Source: a candidate division WOR-3 bacterium (GTDB lineage: Bacteria > Hydrothermota > Hydrothermia > JBDRYB01). Taken from it: a stretch of 64,000 nt of DNA. The position numbers and the translations under genes are program-made. This document shows positions 37,245-47,797 of the stretch, one piece after another. The notes beneath the pieces are model-generated. The model had not been told where the DNA came from. It worked only from the letters and a program-made list of their open reading frames with translations, and ran no database searches. The first letter of the stretch is position 1. Each line of letters starts with the position of its first letter. Location of the stretch: assembly GCA_039803205.1 (NCBI GenBank), contig JBDRYB010000001.1:23998-87997 (forward strand). Reading direction: 5' to 3'.

Positions 37245-38753
37245 ATGTCTGACATGTATATCATAGGAATGCTGGCCTCCCAAATCCTTGGGACCTGGCC
37301 TATGTGGGGCTATAACCCAGCACACTGGGCTGTCCAACCGGTGCCTGGCACTCATACAACTGCTCCGGTTATGAAGTGGAGTATCTCAACTGGTGATCAG
37401 GTTCAGTGGCTCTTTTCTGCCACAGGTGATGTTGATCGTGATGGCAGAAATGAGGTTCTGGCTGGCTCTTTTTCTGGAACTTTTTACTGCTTGGACGGAA
37501 CCACCGGGGCAACCAAATGGAGCTTTAACGTCGAATCCGAATCACCGATAGAAACCTGCCCGGCTCTTGCGGACATGGCTGGAAATGGTTCAGTAGAGGT
37601 AGTCTTCGCCACTTGGGGCGGAGAAGTCTATTGCCTTGATGGGACGGACGGGAGCGTAAAATGGCAATACGTAACCACCTACTACGATCAATACCACCAC
37701 GGCCCGGTTGTCGTTGATTGCGATGCTGATGGTGATCTGGATGTTGTTATCGGAAACATATATGGAAGTCTATACTGCTTCGATGGTGAGACGGGAACGC
37801 TGATCTGGAACGCTAACATGAGCTCCACAGAAAACTCTTCTCCTGCCGCCGGTGATATAGATGGAGATGGCAAGATAGAGATAGTTATAGGAGGCTCATC
37901 GGGGACCTATTCTTTGAACGGTTCAAACGGAGCCTTGGAGTGGTTGGCTTCAACGGGTATCTGTGCTAATTCATCTCCAGGAATAGCTGACTGCGATGGA
38001 GATGGTCTCGCTGAGGTGATTATAGGTTCTGAGGATTATAATATCTACTGTCTTGATGGTCAAACCGGAGCCGAGAAGTGGCGTTATTCTACCGGAAACA
38101 GGGTTTGGTCTTCTCCTGTGATCCTTGATGCTGACGGAGACGGGCTTCTTGAGATAATAATAGGGAGCTTTGACGGCTACGCTTACTGTCTGAGCGGGGA
38201 ATCCGGAACCCTCCAGTGGAGAACGCAGGTCGGCGACATCCGCGTGGGCATCCCTGCTGGGGATGTGGACGGCGATAACAGATATGAGGTGATCATAGGG
38301 AATACTAGTGGATACACATGCCTCAACGGTGAGGACGGCTCTGTTCTTTGGAGATCAGCACCATCTAGCGGCGGTAGGTCCGTTTACCTCGCGGATGTTG
38401 ACATGGACGGGTGTGTTGAAATTGTGGGTGGGTCAACCGGTTATGATATATATGTGCTTGATGATCCCGGAAACTCGTCGGGTTGTATGAGTATGGGAAA
38501 GGATGAAGAGGGGTATGGCCCAGATTCTCCTGAATTCAAGCCCATGGGTAAAAGTTTATATCTTTTTCTCCCCGAGGATGAGCAGGTTTCTCTGAGCCTA
38601 TACGATGCCTCAGGTAAGCTCGTTCAAAAGGTATATGATGGGGTCCTGAGGCAGGGAAGTCACACCTTCAGCCCCAACATAAACGCTAAAGGTATCTACT
38701 TCGCGGTTATGAGGTATCAGAAAGGGATGAAAACCCTGAAGATTGTGCGATAA
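37245..38753 (+). CDS. secreted FG-GAP/PQQ-like beta-propeller protein with C-terminal sorting-domain-like tail
   Basis: Paralog of 35551..37155; repeated D.DGDG and YCLDG motifs; C-terminal ...KGMKTLKIVR tail. Confidence 0.6.
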   Translation: MSDMYIIGMLASQILGTWPMWGYNPAHWAVQPVPGTHTTAPVMKWSISTGDQVQWLFSATGDVDRDGRNEVLAGSFSGTFYCLDGTTGATKWSFNVESESPIETCPALADMAGNGSVEVVFATWGGEVYCLDGTDGSVKWQYVTTYYDQYHHGPVVVDCDADGDLDVVIGNIYGSLYCFDGETGTLIWNANMSSTENSSPAAGDIDGDGKIEIVIGGSSGTYSLNGSNGALEWLASTGICANSSPGIADCDGDGLAEVIIGSEDYNIYCLDGQTGAEKWRYSTGNRVWSSPVILDADGDGLLEIIIGSFDGYAYCLSGESGTLQWRTQVGDIRVGIPAGDVDGDNRYEVIIGNTSGYTCLNGEDGSVLWRSAPSSGGRSVYLADVDMDGCVEIVGGSTGYDIYVLDDPGNSSGCMSMGKDEEGYGPDSPEFKPMGKSLYLFLPEDEQVSLSLYDASGKLVQKVYDGVLRQGSHTFSPNINAKGIYFAVMRYQKGMKTLKIVR

Positions 38754-38769
38754 TTCGCCAAATTAAAAA

Positions 38770-38816
38770 GCCCCGGCCGGTAAAATCATCGCACCTCCCG
38801 TTCCGGCCGGGGTTTT
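38770..38816. terminator. hairpin terminator element, copy 2 (near-identical to 31901..31948)
   Basis: CCCCGGCCGG - taaaatcatcgcacctcccgtt - CCGGCCGGGG TTTTT; 2 loop mismatches versus copy 1; between convergent genes. Confidence 0.65.
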
Positions 38817-39772
38817 TACACCTCCTCAGCCCAGGCCTCCCAGCACCAACTGTTCTCCGCGAACCAGGAAACGGTCTCCGAGAGCGCCTGATCAAAACTG
38901 AGCAAGGGCTCCCAGCCGAGCGCCTTTATCTTCCCCGAATCCATAAAATACCGGACATCGTGCCCAGGCCTATCCTCTACATGCTGAATGAGAGCATGGC
39001 TTTTCCCTAGGAGATCAAGTATCCTCTCCGCAACCGAGATGTTTTCTTCCTCGTGACCAGAGCCTATGTTGTAGACCTCGCCAGGGGATCCCTTCTCAAG
39101 AACAAGTAAAATAGCCCTCGCTATATCATCTGCCCAGAGCCACTCCCTCCGCTGTTTCCCCGTGCCGTAGACCGGCAGGGGTTTGTCCAGGATGGCCCTC
39201 AAGGTCATCCTCGGGATGAACTTCTCCGGATGCTGGAAGGGACCAAGGCCGTTGCACGGCCGGACGACTATTGCCTCGATGCCGTAAGTTTTCTGGTATG
39301 CCCTGACGAACGCCTCAGCCCCGACCTTGCTCGCTGAGTATGGCGAGGAGGGCAAAAGGGGCCAGTCCTCCCTTGCCGAGCCTTTCTCAACCGGGCCATA
39401 GACCTCATCCGTTGAGATGTGAAGGAAAAGCCCCTTCTTTTCCCACGCGAGCCTTGCGGCCTCCAAGAGGGTCTGGGTTCCTAGGACATTCGTCCTTATA
39501 AAGCCTCCGGGCCTCGCTATTGACTTATCAACATGGGTCTCAGCGGCAAAGTGCACGATAGCATCGTGATCAACGAGGAGGCCAACGGCAAGGTTTTGGT
39601 CCAGGATGTCGCCGTGGACGAAGTGAAAATGGACACCCTTGAGCCTCCTCATATCCCCAGCGTATGTGAGCTTGTCCAAGACGGTTATCTCCCAACCAGG
39701 TCGCTCGCGCGCGGCAAGTCGCACGAAAGCTGAACCGAGAAAACCAGCGCCGCCAGTGACTATAACGCGCAC
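38816..39772 (-). CDS. rfbB: dTDP-glucose 4,6-dehydratase
   Basis: MRVIVTGGAGFLGS Rossmann N-terminus, YSASK catalytic motif, RmlB-like length. Confidence 0.85.
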   Translation of the reverse strand: MRVIVTGGAGFLGSAFVRLAARERPGWEITVLDKLTYAGDMRRLKGVHFHFVHGDILDQNLAVGLLVDHDAIVHFAAETHVDKSIARPGGFIRTNVLGTQTLLEAARLAWEKKGLFLHISTDEVYGPVEKGSAREDWPLLPSSPYSASKVGAEAFVRAYQKTYGIEAIVVRPCNGLGPFQHPEKFIPRMTLRAILDKPLPVYGTGKQRREWLWADDIARAILLVLEKGSPGEVYNIGSGHEEENISVAERILDLLGKSHALIQHVEDRPGHDVRYFMDSGKIKALGWEPLLSFDQALSETVSWFAENSWCWEAWAEEV

Positions 39773-39817
39773 CCTGATATTATAATGTCTTCCGGATTAT
39801 CAGTGCTGGTTTTGGAG

Positions 39818-40240
39818 CTATCTTTTTCTAGGGGGTAGCCTCCTTGAGGCTCGGAGCTGGTTCTTTATGATCCGGCCTACCAGGAGTCCAACCCCAACCG
39901 GAAAACCCCTCCACCGGATTATCACTTGGCCATCCGGCCAGGGGAAATCCCCCTCTATGTTCTGGCCGTAAAGAAAGCCCTTGGCCTCGTTCTCCTCCAG
40001 ATCAAGGGCGCGCAGGGTCGCACTTTTCCCTATGGCCATCGCCCCCTCGGCGGTGAGCTTCCAGCCATCTGAGGTTCTCTGTGCTAGCTTTATCCCAGTT
40101 CTCAGGATAGGCCCTTTGATCTCGTGGGCTTCCGGCGTTGAAATCCAGGCCTCCTTGCCCTGGACCCTTATCGCCAATCCCTCCCAGAATCCCCCGGGAA
40201 TTCCGAATCTCTCTGAGAGGGGTCTCGTTATCTCTTTCAA
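39818..40240 (-). CDS. hypothetical protein
   Basis: 140-aa ORF with no recognised motif. Confidence 0.35.
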   Translation of the reverse strand: MKEITRPLSERFGIPGGFWEGLAIRVQGKEAWISTPEAHEIKGPILRTGIKLAQRTSDGWKLTAEGAMAIGKSATLRALDLEENEAKGFLYGQNIEGDFPWPDGQVIIRWRGFPVGVGLLVGRIIKNQLRASRRLPPRKR

Positions 40241-40509
40241 TATGCTACCGAACCACCGCTCTGCCTATAGGGCCGTATCCATCGGCTGTTACTTCCTCGG
40301 CTTGCAGGGAGAGTGAAGTTACCCTTTAGCACATATCTCGCATACTGGGCAAATGGGGTCGCGCGGACATCAGCCTCCTTATGATCGGTCCATCCGAGGC
40401 CAGTTTTCATTCCCGTGTCCGTAAGAGGGATCAGAGCAAAAAGATATACCATCAAAAACCTCCCGTCTGTCCAAGGGTAATTAATTATGGAGCTTTGGAA
40501 ATAGGCCAC
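40237..40509 (-). CDS. hypothetical small protein
   Basis: 90-aa ORF with a 4-nt overlap to the downstream ORF; could be spurious. Confidence 0.2.
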   Translation of the reverse strand: MAYFQSSIINYPWTDGRFLMVYLFALIPLTDTGMKTGLGWTDHKEADVRATPFAQYARYVLKGNFTLPASRGSNSRWIRPYRQSGGSVAY

Positions 40510-40680
40510 GCAAATTGTTGTATCCCGTAAGGAAGGGTTTCGGATTCACGAAGGACCCAAACAGCCGTGGGGCCGGGAACAAATTCTGGAAACCGGAGTC
40601 AAATGGAGAAAGGGGTTGATCCTTGACAGAGGATATACTTTATACTTTGGGTCTAAACCTAAACCGAAAGGAGGAACAGG

Positions 40681-42468
40681 ATGTTGTATAACATAGCTTT
40701 GGCCGTGGCCGTGGCTTACCCATCGGCTTTCGGGCCATCAGGATACTACGATGTGATATCGCCCTCAGTGATGGAAAGGTTTGAGAACCGGGCCTCTCTG
40801 ACGGTCGGCGGCTACTTCGGGTACATAGGAGGAACCTTCTGGGAGTATGAGAACTACGGAGGCGCTTCTGAGGAAGAGGTCATTTACCTCGGGAGGGCTG
40901 GCGTCTGCTACACTCCGTCGGACTGGTTTGAGATATTCTCCTTGCTCAGAGCTATTGAGTGGTATCCTGGCGCTGGATCGGATGGCATAGGAGGCTTCTC
41001 CGACGCGGATCTCGGAATGAAGATAAGGCTCTTCAAGGCAGGCATGCTCACGACCGGAATAATGGGCGTTCTCACCTTGCCCACGGGCGAAACCCAGACA
41101 TCTCCAATAGTTGTAGGCGGGAACAACCTCGGGACCTTCGTGATAACCGACAACGAACTGATATACGGTGGTTCTGTCTTGGCTGAGTTGGATTTCGGCA
41201 AGATCCACGATCTCACTGCTTTCCGCATAGCCCTGAACGCTGGATATTACACCGGAGGCGGATATGTCCCTGCTGGTGGAAAAGATACCATGGCTGATCC
41301 CCTGAGGCTCGGGGGGGCATTCATCCTCTCATCTCGCTACTTGGACTACATCGTGGAGGCCAAGTATTACGGAAGAACGAGCATGAAGGATAAGGCCTTC
41401 GTGACGCCAGCGCTCAGACTCAGGCCTTTTGAGGGAATTGGGCTTTCAGTCCTGGGCGGCGTCAACCTCAACACCACATACTATGTGCCCGAGAATCACT
41501 ACGAGTGGAACTACGATGTGGTAATGGGCATAGGCCTCATCACCCCTCTCTTCAAGACAGAGGAGCTGGCGCCTGGCGGCGGCGTGATGGGCAAGGTGTT
41601 TGATTCAAGGACAAAGGAACCCCTGAAAGCCAAGGTAAAGGTCGTTGAGGCAAACATGACCCTGGAGTCCGACACCAACGGCATCGTCCGGATAAAGCAC
41701 CTGCCTGAGGGCGTCTACACCCTCGTGGCTGAGAAGGATGGATACCGCAAGACCTACTCCCTGGTCAACATCAAGCGCAGGTCCCAGAACATGGTTGAGC
41801 TTCCCATGGACCCCGCGGCCGTCCTGGTTAAGGGAATAGTGATAGACTCCCTGACATCCGGAGTGGTTGAGGGAGCGAAGGTGGCTTTTGCTGGACCGGA
41901 GTCCAAGGAGGTGACATCCGGTGCCGCGGAGTTTGAGGTCTCGCTCAAGCCCGGAGCCTATTGGGTCTCTGCTTCAAAGGAGGGCTACTTCACGAAATAC
42001 ATGGATGTTGCCCTTTACGAGCCGAAGTTCGTGAAGATAGTCATTGGAAGGCCCATGATCCGCGAGCCAAAGCTCATAGAGACCGTCAACTTCGCGACCG
42101 CCTCCGCGGTCCTCTCGTCCAGCGACAAGGCCAAGCTGGACAAGGTTGGCAAGATGCTTCAGGAGGACCCAGCGGCCATAATCGTGATAACGGGCCACAC
42201 GGACAGGCACGGCTCAGTGTTCTACAACGAGCTCCTCTCAGAGAAGCGCGCCAAGGCTGTCAAGGATTACCTGGCTTCAAAGTATGACATACCTGATGAA
42301 AGGATGAGGATTGACTGGTATTCCGAGTTCCAAAAGGCCGGGAGCTCTGACTCCGGAAACCGCAGGGTTGAGATATACCTGCTCAAGCCCATAGAGGCTG
42401 AAAAGGCCAAACCCGAGGAGAAACCAAAAGAGGGCGGCAAGGAGCAACCCAAGGAAGGCGGCAAGTAG
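40681..42468 (+). CDS. OmpA family outer-membrane protein (N-terminal beta-rich domain, carboxypeptidase-regulatory-like middle, C-terminal OmpA-like domain)
   Basis: C-terminal peptidoglycan-binding OmpA-like block (NFATASAVL...ITGHTDRHGSVFYNELLSEKRAKAV); GGAGG RBS; Lys/Glu-rich tail. Confidence 0.75.
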   Translation: MLYNIALAVAVAYPSAFGPSGYYDVISPSVMERFENRASLTVGGYFGYIGGTFWEYENYGGASEEEVIYLGRAGVCYTPSDWFEIFSLLRAIEWYPGAGSDGIGGFSDADLGMKIRLFKAGMLTTGIMGVLTLPTGETQTSPIVVGGNNLGTFVITDNELIYGGSVLAELDFGKIHDLTAFRIALNAGYYTGGGYVPAGGKDTMADPLRLGGAFILSSRYLDYIVEAKYYGRTSMKDKAFVTPALRLRPFEGIGLSVLGGVNLNTTYYVPENHYEWNYDVVMGIGLITPLFKTEELAPGGGVMGKVFDSRTKEPLKAKVKVVEANMTLESDTNGIVRIKHLPEGVYTLVAEKDGYRKTYSLVNIKRRSQNMVELPMDPAAVLVKGIVIDSLTSGVVEGAKVAFAGPESKEVTSGAAEFEVSLKPGAYWVSASKEGYFTKYMDVALYEPKFVKIVIGRPMIREPKLIETVNFATASAVLSSSDKAKLDKVGKMLQEDPAAIIVITGHTDRHGSVFYNELLSEKRAKAVKDYLASKYDIPDERMRIDWYSEFQKAGSSDSGNRRVEIYLLKPIEAEKAKPEEKPKEGGKEQPKEGGK

Positions 42469-42490
42469 CTGAAAACATTTTGAAAAATAG

Positions 42491-42515
42491 GGCCGGCCGA
42501 AAGGTCGGCCTTTTT
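42491..42515 (+). terminator. Rho-independent terminator
   Basis: GGCCGA-aagg-TCGGCC hairpin followed by TTTTT, 22 nt after the OmpA-family stop. Confidence 0.6.
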
Positions 42516-42583
42516 ATTATACCCGGAAGTATCCCTCGCTGACGCGGGGTTGAACCGGGTTTCCTCTCCGGTTTACCATTTCG

Positions 42584-43693
42584 GTGTTGCGCATTCTGGT
42601 TGTCTCCATGGCCTACGGGTCTGGCCACACGATGGCCGCGCGAGCAATAGCCGACGCGCTTGAGGAAATGGACCCCGGGCTTGAAGTCATCCAGTTTGAT
42701 GGGATACTTGAGAGCAGTTCACGCATTGAAAGGTTTCCCCCTTCGTTCTACATATTCACCAACAAACACGCTCATTGGCTCTGGCACGCCTTCTACTACT
42801 GGCCGATATTTCGGACCCGGCTCTCCGAACAGCTCACCGAATACCTGTTCTCTCGCGGGATCATTGAGAAGATAAGGAATTTTGGCCCGGACGCGGTGAT
42901 CTCAACCCACCTCTCCGCAACCAGGGCCTCTGTGAGGCTTGGTATCCCGACATTCGTGGTTATAACCGACTATGTGTTTCACCCGTTCGTTTTTTCCGAC
43001 AAAGCGCGGGCATATTTTATTGCTTCCGAGGAGATAGAAAACGCTCTTATAGCCCGCGGTTTCCCCAGGGAAAGGATACACCTGACAGGCATCCCCATAA
43101 GGAGGATGTTTTGGAAAATGCCATCTCAGACGGCATCAAGGGCGAAGTTTGGGCTTCCGGCTGAGGACAAGATCGTTCTCCTCATGTCGGGCAATCAGGG
43201 CGTCACCCCTGTGGGTAGGATAGCTCGTGCGCTCAGGGATTCGGGCGCGTTCCTCCTCGTTGTAACTGGGAAAAACGAGCGCATGAGGAGGAGGATGAAA
43301 GCCCTTTTTGAGAAAAAGAAGATCAGAGGAAAGGCTATTGGCCATGTTGAGGACATGGCCAGCCTGTTGTCTGCTTGCGATGTGATCGTGACGAAGGGCG
43401 GCGGAATAATAAGCTCCGAGTGCTTGGCCGCGGGCCTACCCATGGTTTTCTATGACTGCATACCAGGCCAAGAAGAGGGGAACGCCAGGGTCATCTCTGA
43501 GTGGGGGGCTGGGGCGAGAGCCAGGAGCGCGGCAGAGGCCGCGGCGCTCATTAGGGAGATGATCACCGATCAGGCCAAGCTGGATCGGATAAAGGAGGCC
43601 GCAAGAGCCAGAGCAAAACCCCACGCGGCCCTGGATGTAGCGAAACGGGTTTTGGAATACTTGGGCTACCCCAAAACCCAGAATCAACCCTGA
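42584..43693 (+). CDS. glycosyltransferase family 28 (MGDG synthase / UgtP-like)
   Basis: N-terminal GSGH motif and C-terminal GT-B fold pattern similar to monoglycosyldiacylglycerol synthases; GTG start. Confidence 0.6.
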   Translation: MLRILVVSMAYGSGHTMAARAIADALEEMDPGLEVIQFDGILESSSRIERFPPSFYIFTNKHAHWLWHAFYYWPIFRTRLSEQLTEYLFSRGIIEKIRNFGPDAVISTHLSATRASVRLGIPTFVVITDYVFHPFVFSDKARAYFIASEEIENALIARGFPRERIHLTGIPIRRMFWKMPSQTASRAKFGLPAEDKIVLLMSGNQGVTPVGRIARALRDSGAFLLVVTGKNERMRRRMKALFEKKKIRGKAIGHVEDMASLLSACDVIVTKGGGIISSECLAAGLPMVFYDCIPGQEEGNARVISEWGAGARARSAAEAAALIREMITDQAKLDRIKEAARARAKPHAALDVAKRVLEYLGYPKTQNQP

Positions 43694-43709
43694 GCTATCG
43701 TATGATAGC

Positions 43710-44246
43710 CTACTTCACGATATTGAACCTCATCCCTCCGCGGAAGAATACGGTTATATAGGTATCCGAACCACCATCCGAACCCGATATGGAGAAGCCG
43801 TCAATCAACGCGCCTCCCTCCCCGAAAAACCTCATGGGAGATTTCTTCCCAAGGGGGAAGGATGCCCCTGCGCCTGCCTTGAGGCCATAGTTAAGGTCTC
43901 CGGCTAGGCTAATGAAATAGAGGCCTCCGAGCACATAAGGACTCATCTTGTATTTACCGGTCTTCTGCTTCGTGAAGTAATATAGGGCATCGCAGGACGC
44001 GCCTTCGAATCCGCTAACCCCTGAGCCAAAGCCTATACGGTTAGGTCCATCTTTGTCCCTAATGAAATAAAGTATGCCCATTCTCATGTAGAGCTGATCC
44101 TGCATGAGGTGCGCGAGGAACTTGGCCTCCGCGCCGTAGTATTTGGGCTGAGGGTCCTCAAGACCCATGTAGAAAACAGGGCCTACCTCTATGTCCATGG
44201 GCGTCGCAACGCCCGCTATCAGTGCTATAAGTATTTCTGACATCAT
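43710..44246 (-). CDS. hypothetical outer-membrane beta-barrel-like protein
   Basis: Signal-like N-terminus; alternating G/aromatic-rich pattern. Confidence 0.4.
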   Translation of the reverse strand: MMSEILIALIAGVATPMDIEVGPVFYMGLEDPQPKYYGAEAKFLAHLMQDQLYMRMGILYFIRDKDGPNRIGFGSGVSGFEGASCDALYYFTKQKTGKYKMSPYVLGGLYFISLAGDLNYGLKAGAGASFPLGKKSPMRFFGEGGALIDGFSISGSDGGSDTYITVFFRGGMRFNIVK

Positions 44247-44321
44247 AACCTCCAAAAAGGTTTGTAGCTCGCTCATTGATTAGACACCACGGGCCTGAAA
44301 ATTGTTTCCAGGCTCCCTTAT

Positions 44322-45431
44322 TCATCCTTCCTCCAAGATGCCCCTTAGCCATCTCTCGGTCTCCTCCGCGGCTCTTTCCCAGGAGAACTGAGATGCCCAG
44401 GCCCTCGCCTCAGAGGACATCCGGGCCCGAAGGTCTTGGTCCAGGAGCAAGTCCCGGAGGGCTTTCGCCAGGCCATTGAGGTCTCCAAAGGGAACGAGGA
44501 ACCCTGTTTTTCCAGGGGCAAGGGATTCCCTTATTCCCGGCACATCAAAAGCAACGACAGGGGTTCCGGAGGCCTGGGCCTCCGTGTTGACCAGGCCCCA
44601 ACCCTCCTTCACCGATGTGTTTATCAGCACCCACGCGCCGGAAAGGAGCTTGGACTTATCTTCCTGGGGTATGAACCCGTGGAATGTGGTGTATGCACTC
44701 ATCCCTCTCCTTCTGGCAAAGGCCTCAAGCGCTGGCCTGTATTCCCCATCGCCTATTATGTGAAATCTCAGGGGAACGCTCTCAGCAACCCGAGCAACCG
44801 CCTCCATTGACAGCTCTATCTTCTTGTATTTCTTCAGCCTGCCCACATATACAACGGTTGGCTCCGGAAACTTCTCTGTTGGCCTATACCTTTCGGTGTC
44901 CACCCCTGAATATATTATCTTTATATCATCCCTCCGAAATCCCCATCTCACCAGGTCCTCCCTCGTGCTCTCGGAGATCACGGCGAAAGGCAAGCCCTTG
45001 TAGCAATATCTAATGCTTATCTCGTAAAGATAAACATAGAGCGCTAAGGGGAAGGGCAGCTCCTGGAATATGGTTTTGCCGAAGAAATGCATGGCCATGC
45101 AGGCTATCTTCGGCCCTCTGACGAACCTCCTCGCGTAGAACGGCAGTTTGTTGAGGTCCTCAATTACCAGATCGAAGCCCTCGCGGGCGAATTCCTTCTT
45201 GTAAATGCCGGGGAGCTGATAGTTAAAGATGTTCCGGGAGCCGCGCCTGTGAACCATTATCCCATCCATCTCCTCGTCCCCAGGGAGACCCGGCACCCCG
45301 CATACTACGAGGTGGACATCGTGCCCCTTCCTGGCGATCCTGCCAAATACCTCGTGGAGATAAACCTCAGCCCCCCCTCCAAAGGGATTTTTTATGTCCT
45401 GCCAGTTTATAACCAGAACCTTCAAGCACAA
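44322..45431 (-). CDS. glycosyltransferase family 4 (GT-B, retaining)
   Basis: C-terminal EGWGLVNTEAQASGTPVVA signature of GT4 enzymes. Confidence 0.8.
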   Translation of the reverse strand: MCLKVLVINWQDIKNPFGGGAEVYLHEVFGRIARKGHDVHLVVCGVPGLPGDEEMDGIMVHRRGSRNIFNYQLPGIYKKEFAREGFDLVIEDLNKLPFYARRFVRGPKIACMAMHFFGKTIFQELPFPLALYVYLYEISIRYCYKGLPFAVISESTREDLVRWGFRRDDIKIIYSGVDTERYRPTEKFPEPTVVYVGRLKKYKKIELSMEAVARVAESVPLRFHIIGDGEYRPALEAFARRRGMSAYTTFHGFIPQEDKSKLLSGAWVLINTSVKEGWGLVNTEAQASGTPVVAFDVPGIRESLAPGKTGFLVPFGDLNGLAKALRDLLLDQDLRARMSSEARAWASQFSWERAAEETERWLRGILEEG

Positions 45432-45466
45432 AGCATATCGCAGGGAAGCGTCCTAAAACAAGCTGG

Positions 45467-46108
45467 TTATTGATACCGTCCGCCCTTCTTCTCAGCCTTC
45501 GCCTTCAGTAGTTTGAGCCTGAATGTATCCTCCCTCCCCCTGTCCTCAAGAACCTGCCTTATGAAGGCGATCTCACCATCAAGGTCCGGAATTATCTTCT
45601 GTTCAAGAGCGTTGACGCGCCGGGTCGTCTTCTTTATCTCCAGGCCCATCTTCTTGAGCTTGATCTCCGTTGGGACCAGGGCCAAAACAGCCTCAAGTAG
45701 CCTCTCAAACTCCTCTGCTGTCCAATCTATCCTGCTCGTTATGGAAAATGGGGAGTATCCCCTGGCGAGAAGCCCCTTGGTCGCGGCGCCCGGCTCAAGG
45801 GATGGAAGATGAACCCCCCAGACCTTCCTATCCTTGATTTCAACGGATAGATCCGCGCCAGAAGCCATGCCTGCCGAGGCGAGAGCCTCCGGACCATCAA
45901 TGCCCATGGCCACAGCCAGGGCCGAAAGGGCCTTTCTGGTTCTCTCGCTCAGGTCCCTCCGCTGAGCGAGAAGCGGTTTTATCAGGGCCATGAACTCCGC
46001 CAGAAGTGCCTCGCGTTTGTTCCTCAGGAGGCTCGCGCCATCTGTCGCGAGCTTGCGCTGGCGTTTTTTAGCCAGGAGGACCATCCTCGTTGGGGTTATC
46101 CTTGCCAC
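45467..46108 (-). CDS. V-type (A/V) ATP synthase subunit D homolog
   Basis: MARITPTRMVLLAKKRQRKLA N-terminus and TRRVNALE block characteristic of V/A-ATPase subunit D; no other V-ATPase subunits in the window. Confidence 0.75.
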   Translation of the reverse strand: MARITPTRMVLLAKKRQRKLATDGASLLRNKREALLAEFMALIKPLLAQRRDLSERTRKALSALAVAMGIDGPEALASAGMASGADLSVEIKDRKVWGVHLPSLEPGAATKGLLARGYSPFSITSRIDWTAEEFERLLEAVLALVPTEIKLKKMGLEIKKTTRRVNALEQKIIPDLDGEIAFIRQVLEDRGREDTFRLKLLKAKAEKKGGRYQ

Positions 46109-46161
46109 AGGCCGAAAAATCTAATGCAAGGTGGCAATAAGTTGCAAGGCCGGGGTTATAA

Positions 46162-47457
<1,296 letters not shown>

Positions 47458-47796
47458 TTGGCGAGAAAGGGAAGGACAAGGGCGGTTCTCAGGTGGTTTC
47501 TCATCCTGGGCGGGTTTATCTTTGTTTACTACATTGGAACAACCCTCTATGGCCTCATCCGGGTGAAGATTGAACACGCCAAAACCCAAAAAGAATTGCT
47601 TCACCTCAGGGCAAGGACCCTTGCTCTTGAAGCACGAAGGGAGGCCCTAAAGGACCCTGAAGTAATAAAAATGATAGCTGAGAGAAGGCTCGGGATGAGG
47701 CTCAGAAACCCCGTGAACCCAGTGGACAGCCTGAGGGGTGATAGCGCGGCTGGACATGGCCCGGATTCGGAGAAATCTCCAGCGCCAAAGCCGTGA
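47458..47796 (+). CDS. septum formation initiator (FtsB/DivIC-like)
   Basis: Single N-terminal TM helix followed by a coiled coil; position after eno; TTG start. Confidence 0.5.
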   Translation: MARKGRTRAVLRWFLILGGFIFVYYIGTTLYGLIRVKIEHAKTQKELLHLRARTLALEARREALKDPEVIKMIAERRLGMRLRNPVNPVDSLRGDSAAGHGPDSEKSPAPKP

Positions 47797-47797
47797 A

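Noticed and set aside
40620-40680. Sigma-70-type promoter upstream of the OmpA-family gene (TTGACA present)
   Set aside because: No -10 hexamer at a workable spacing (TATACT candidates are 5 or 12 nt from the TTGACA); only the GGAGG RBS is convincing.
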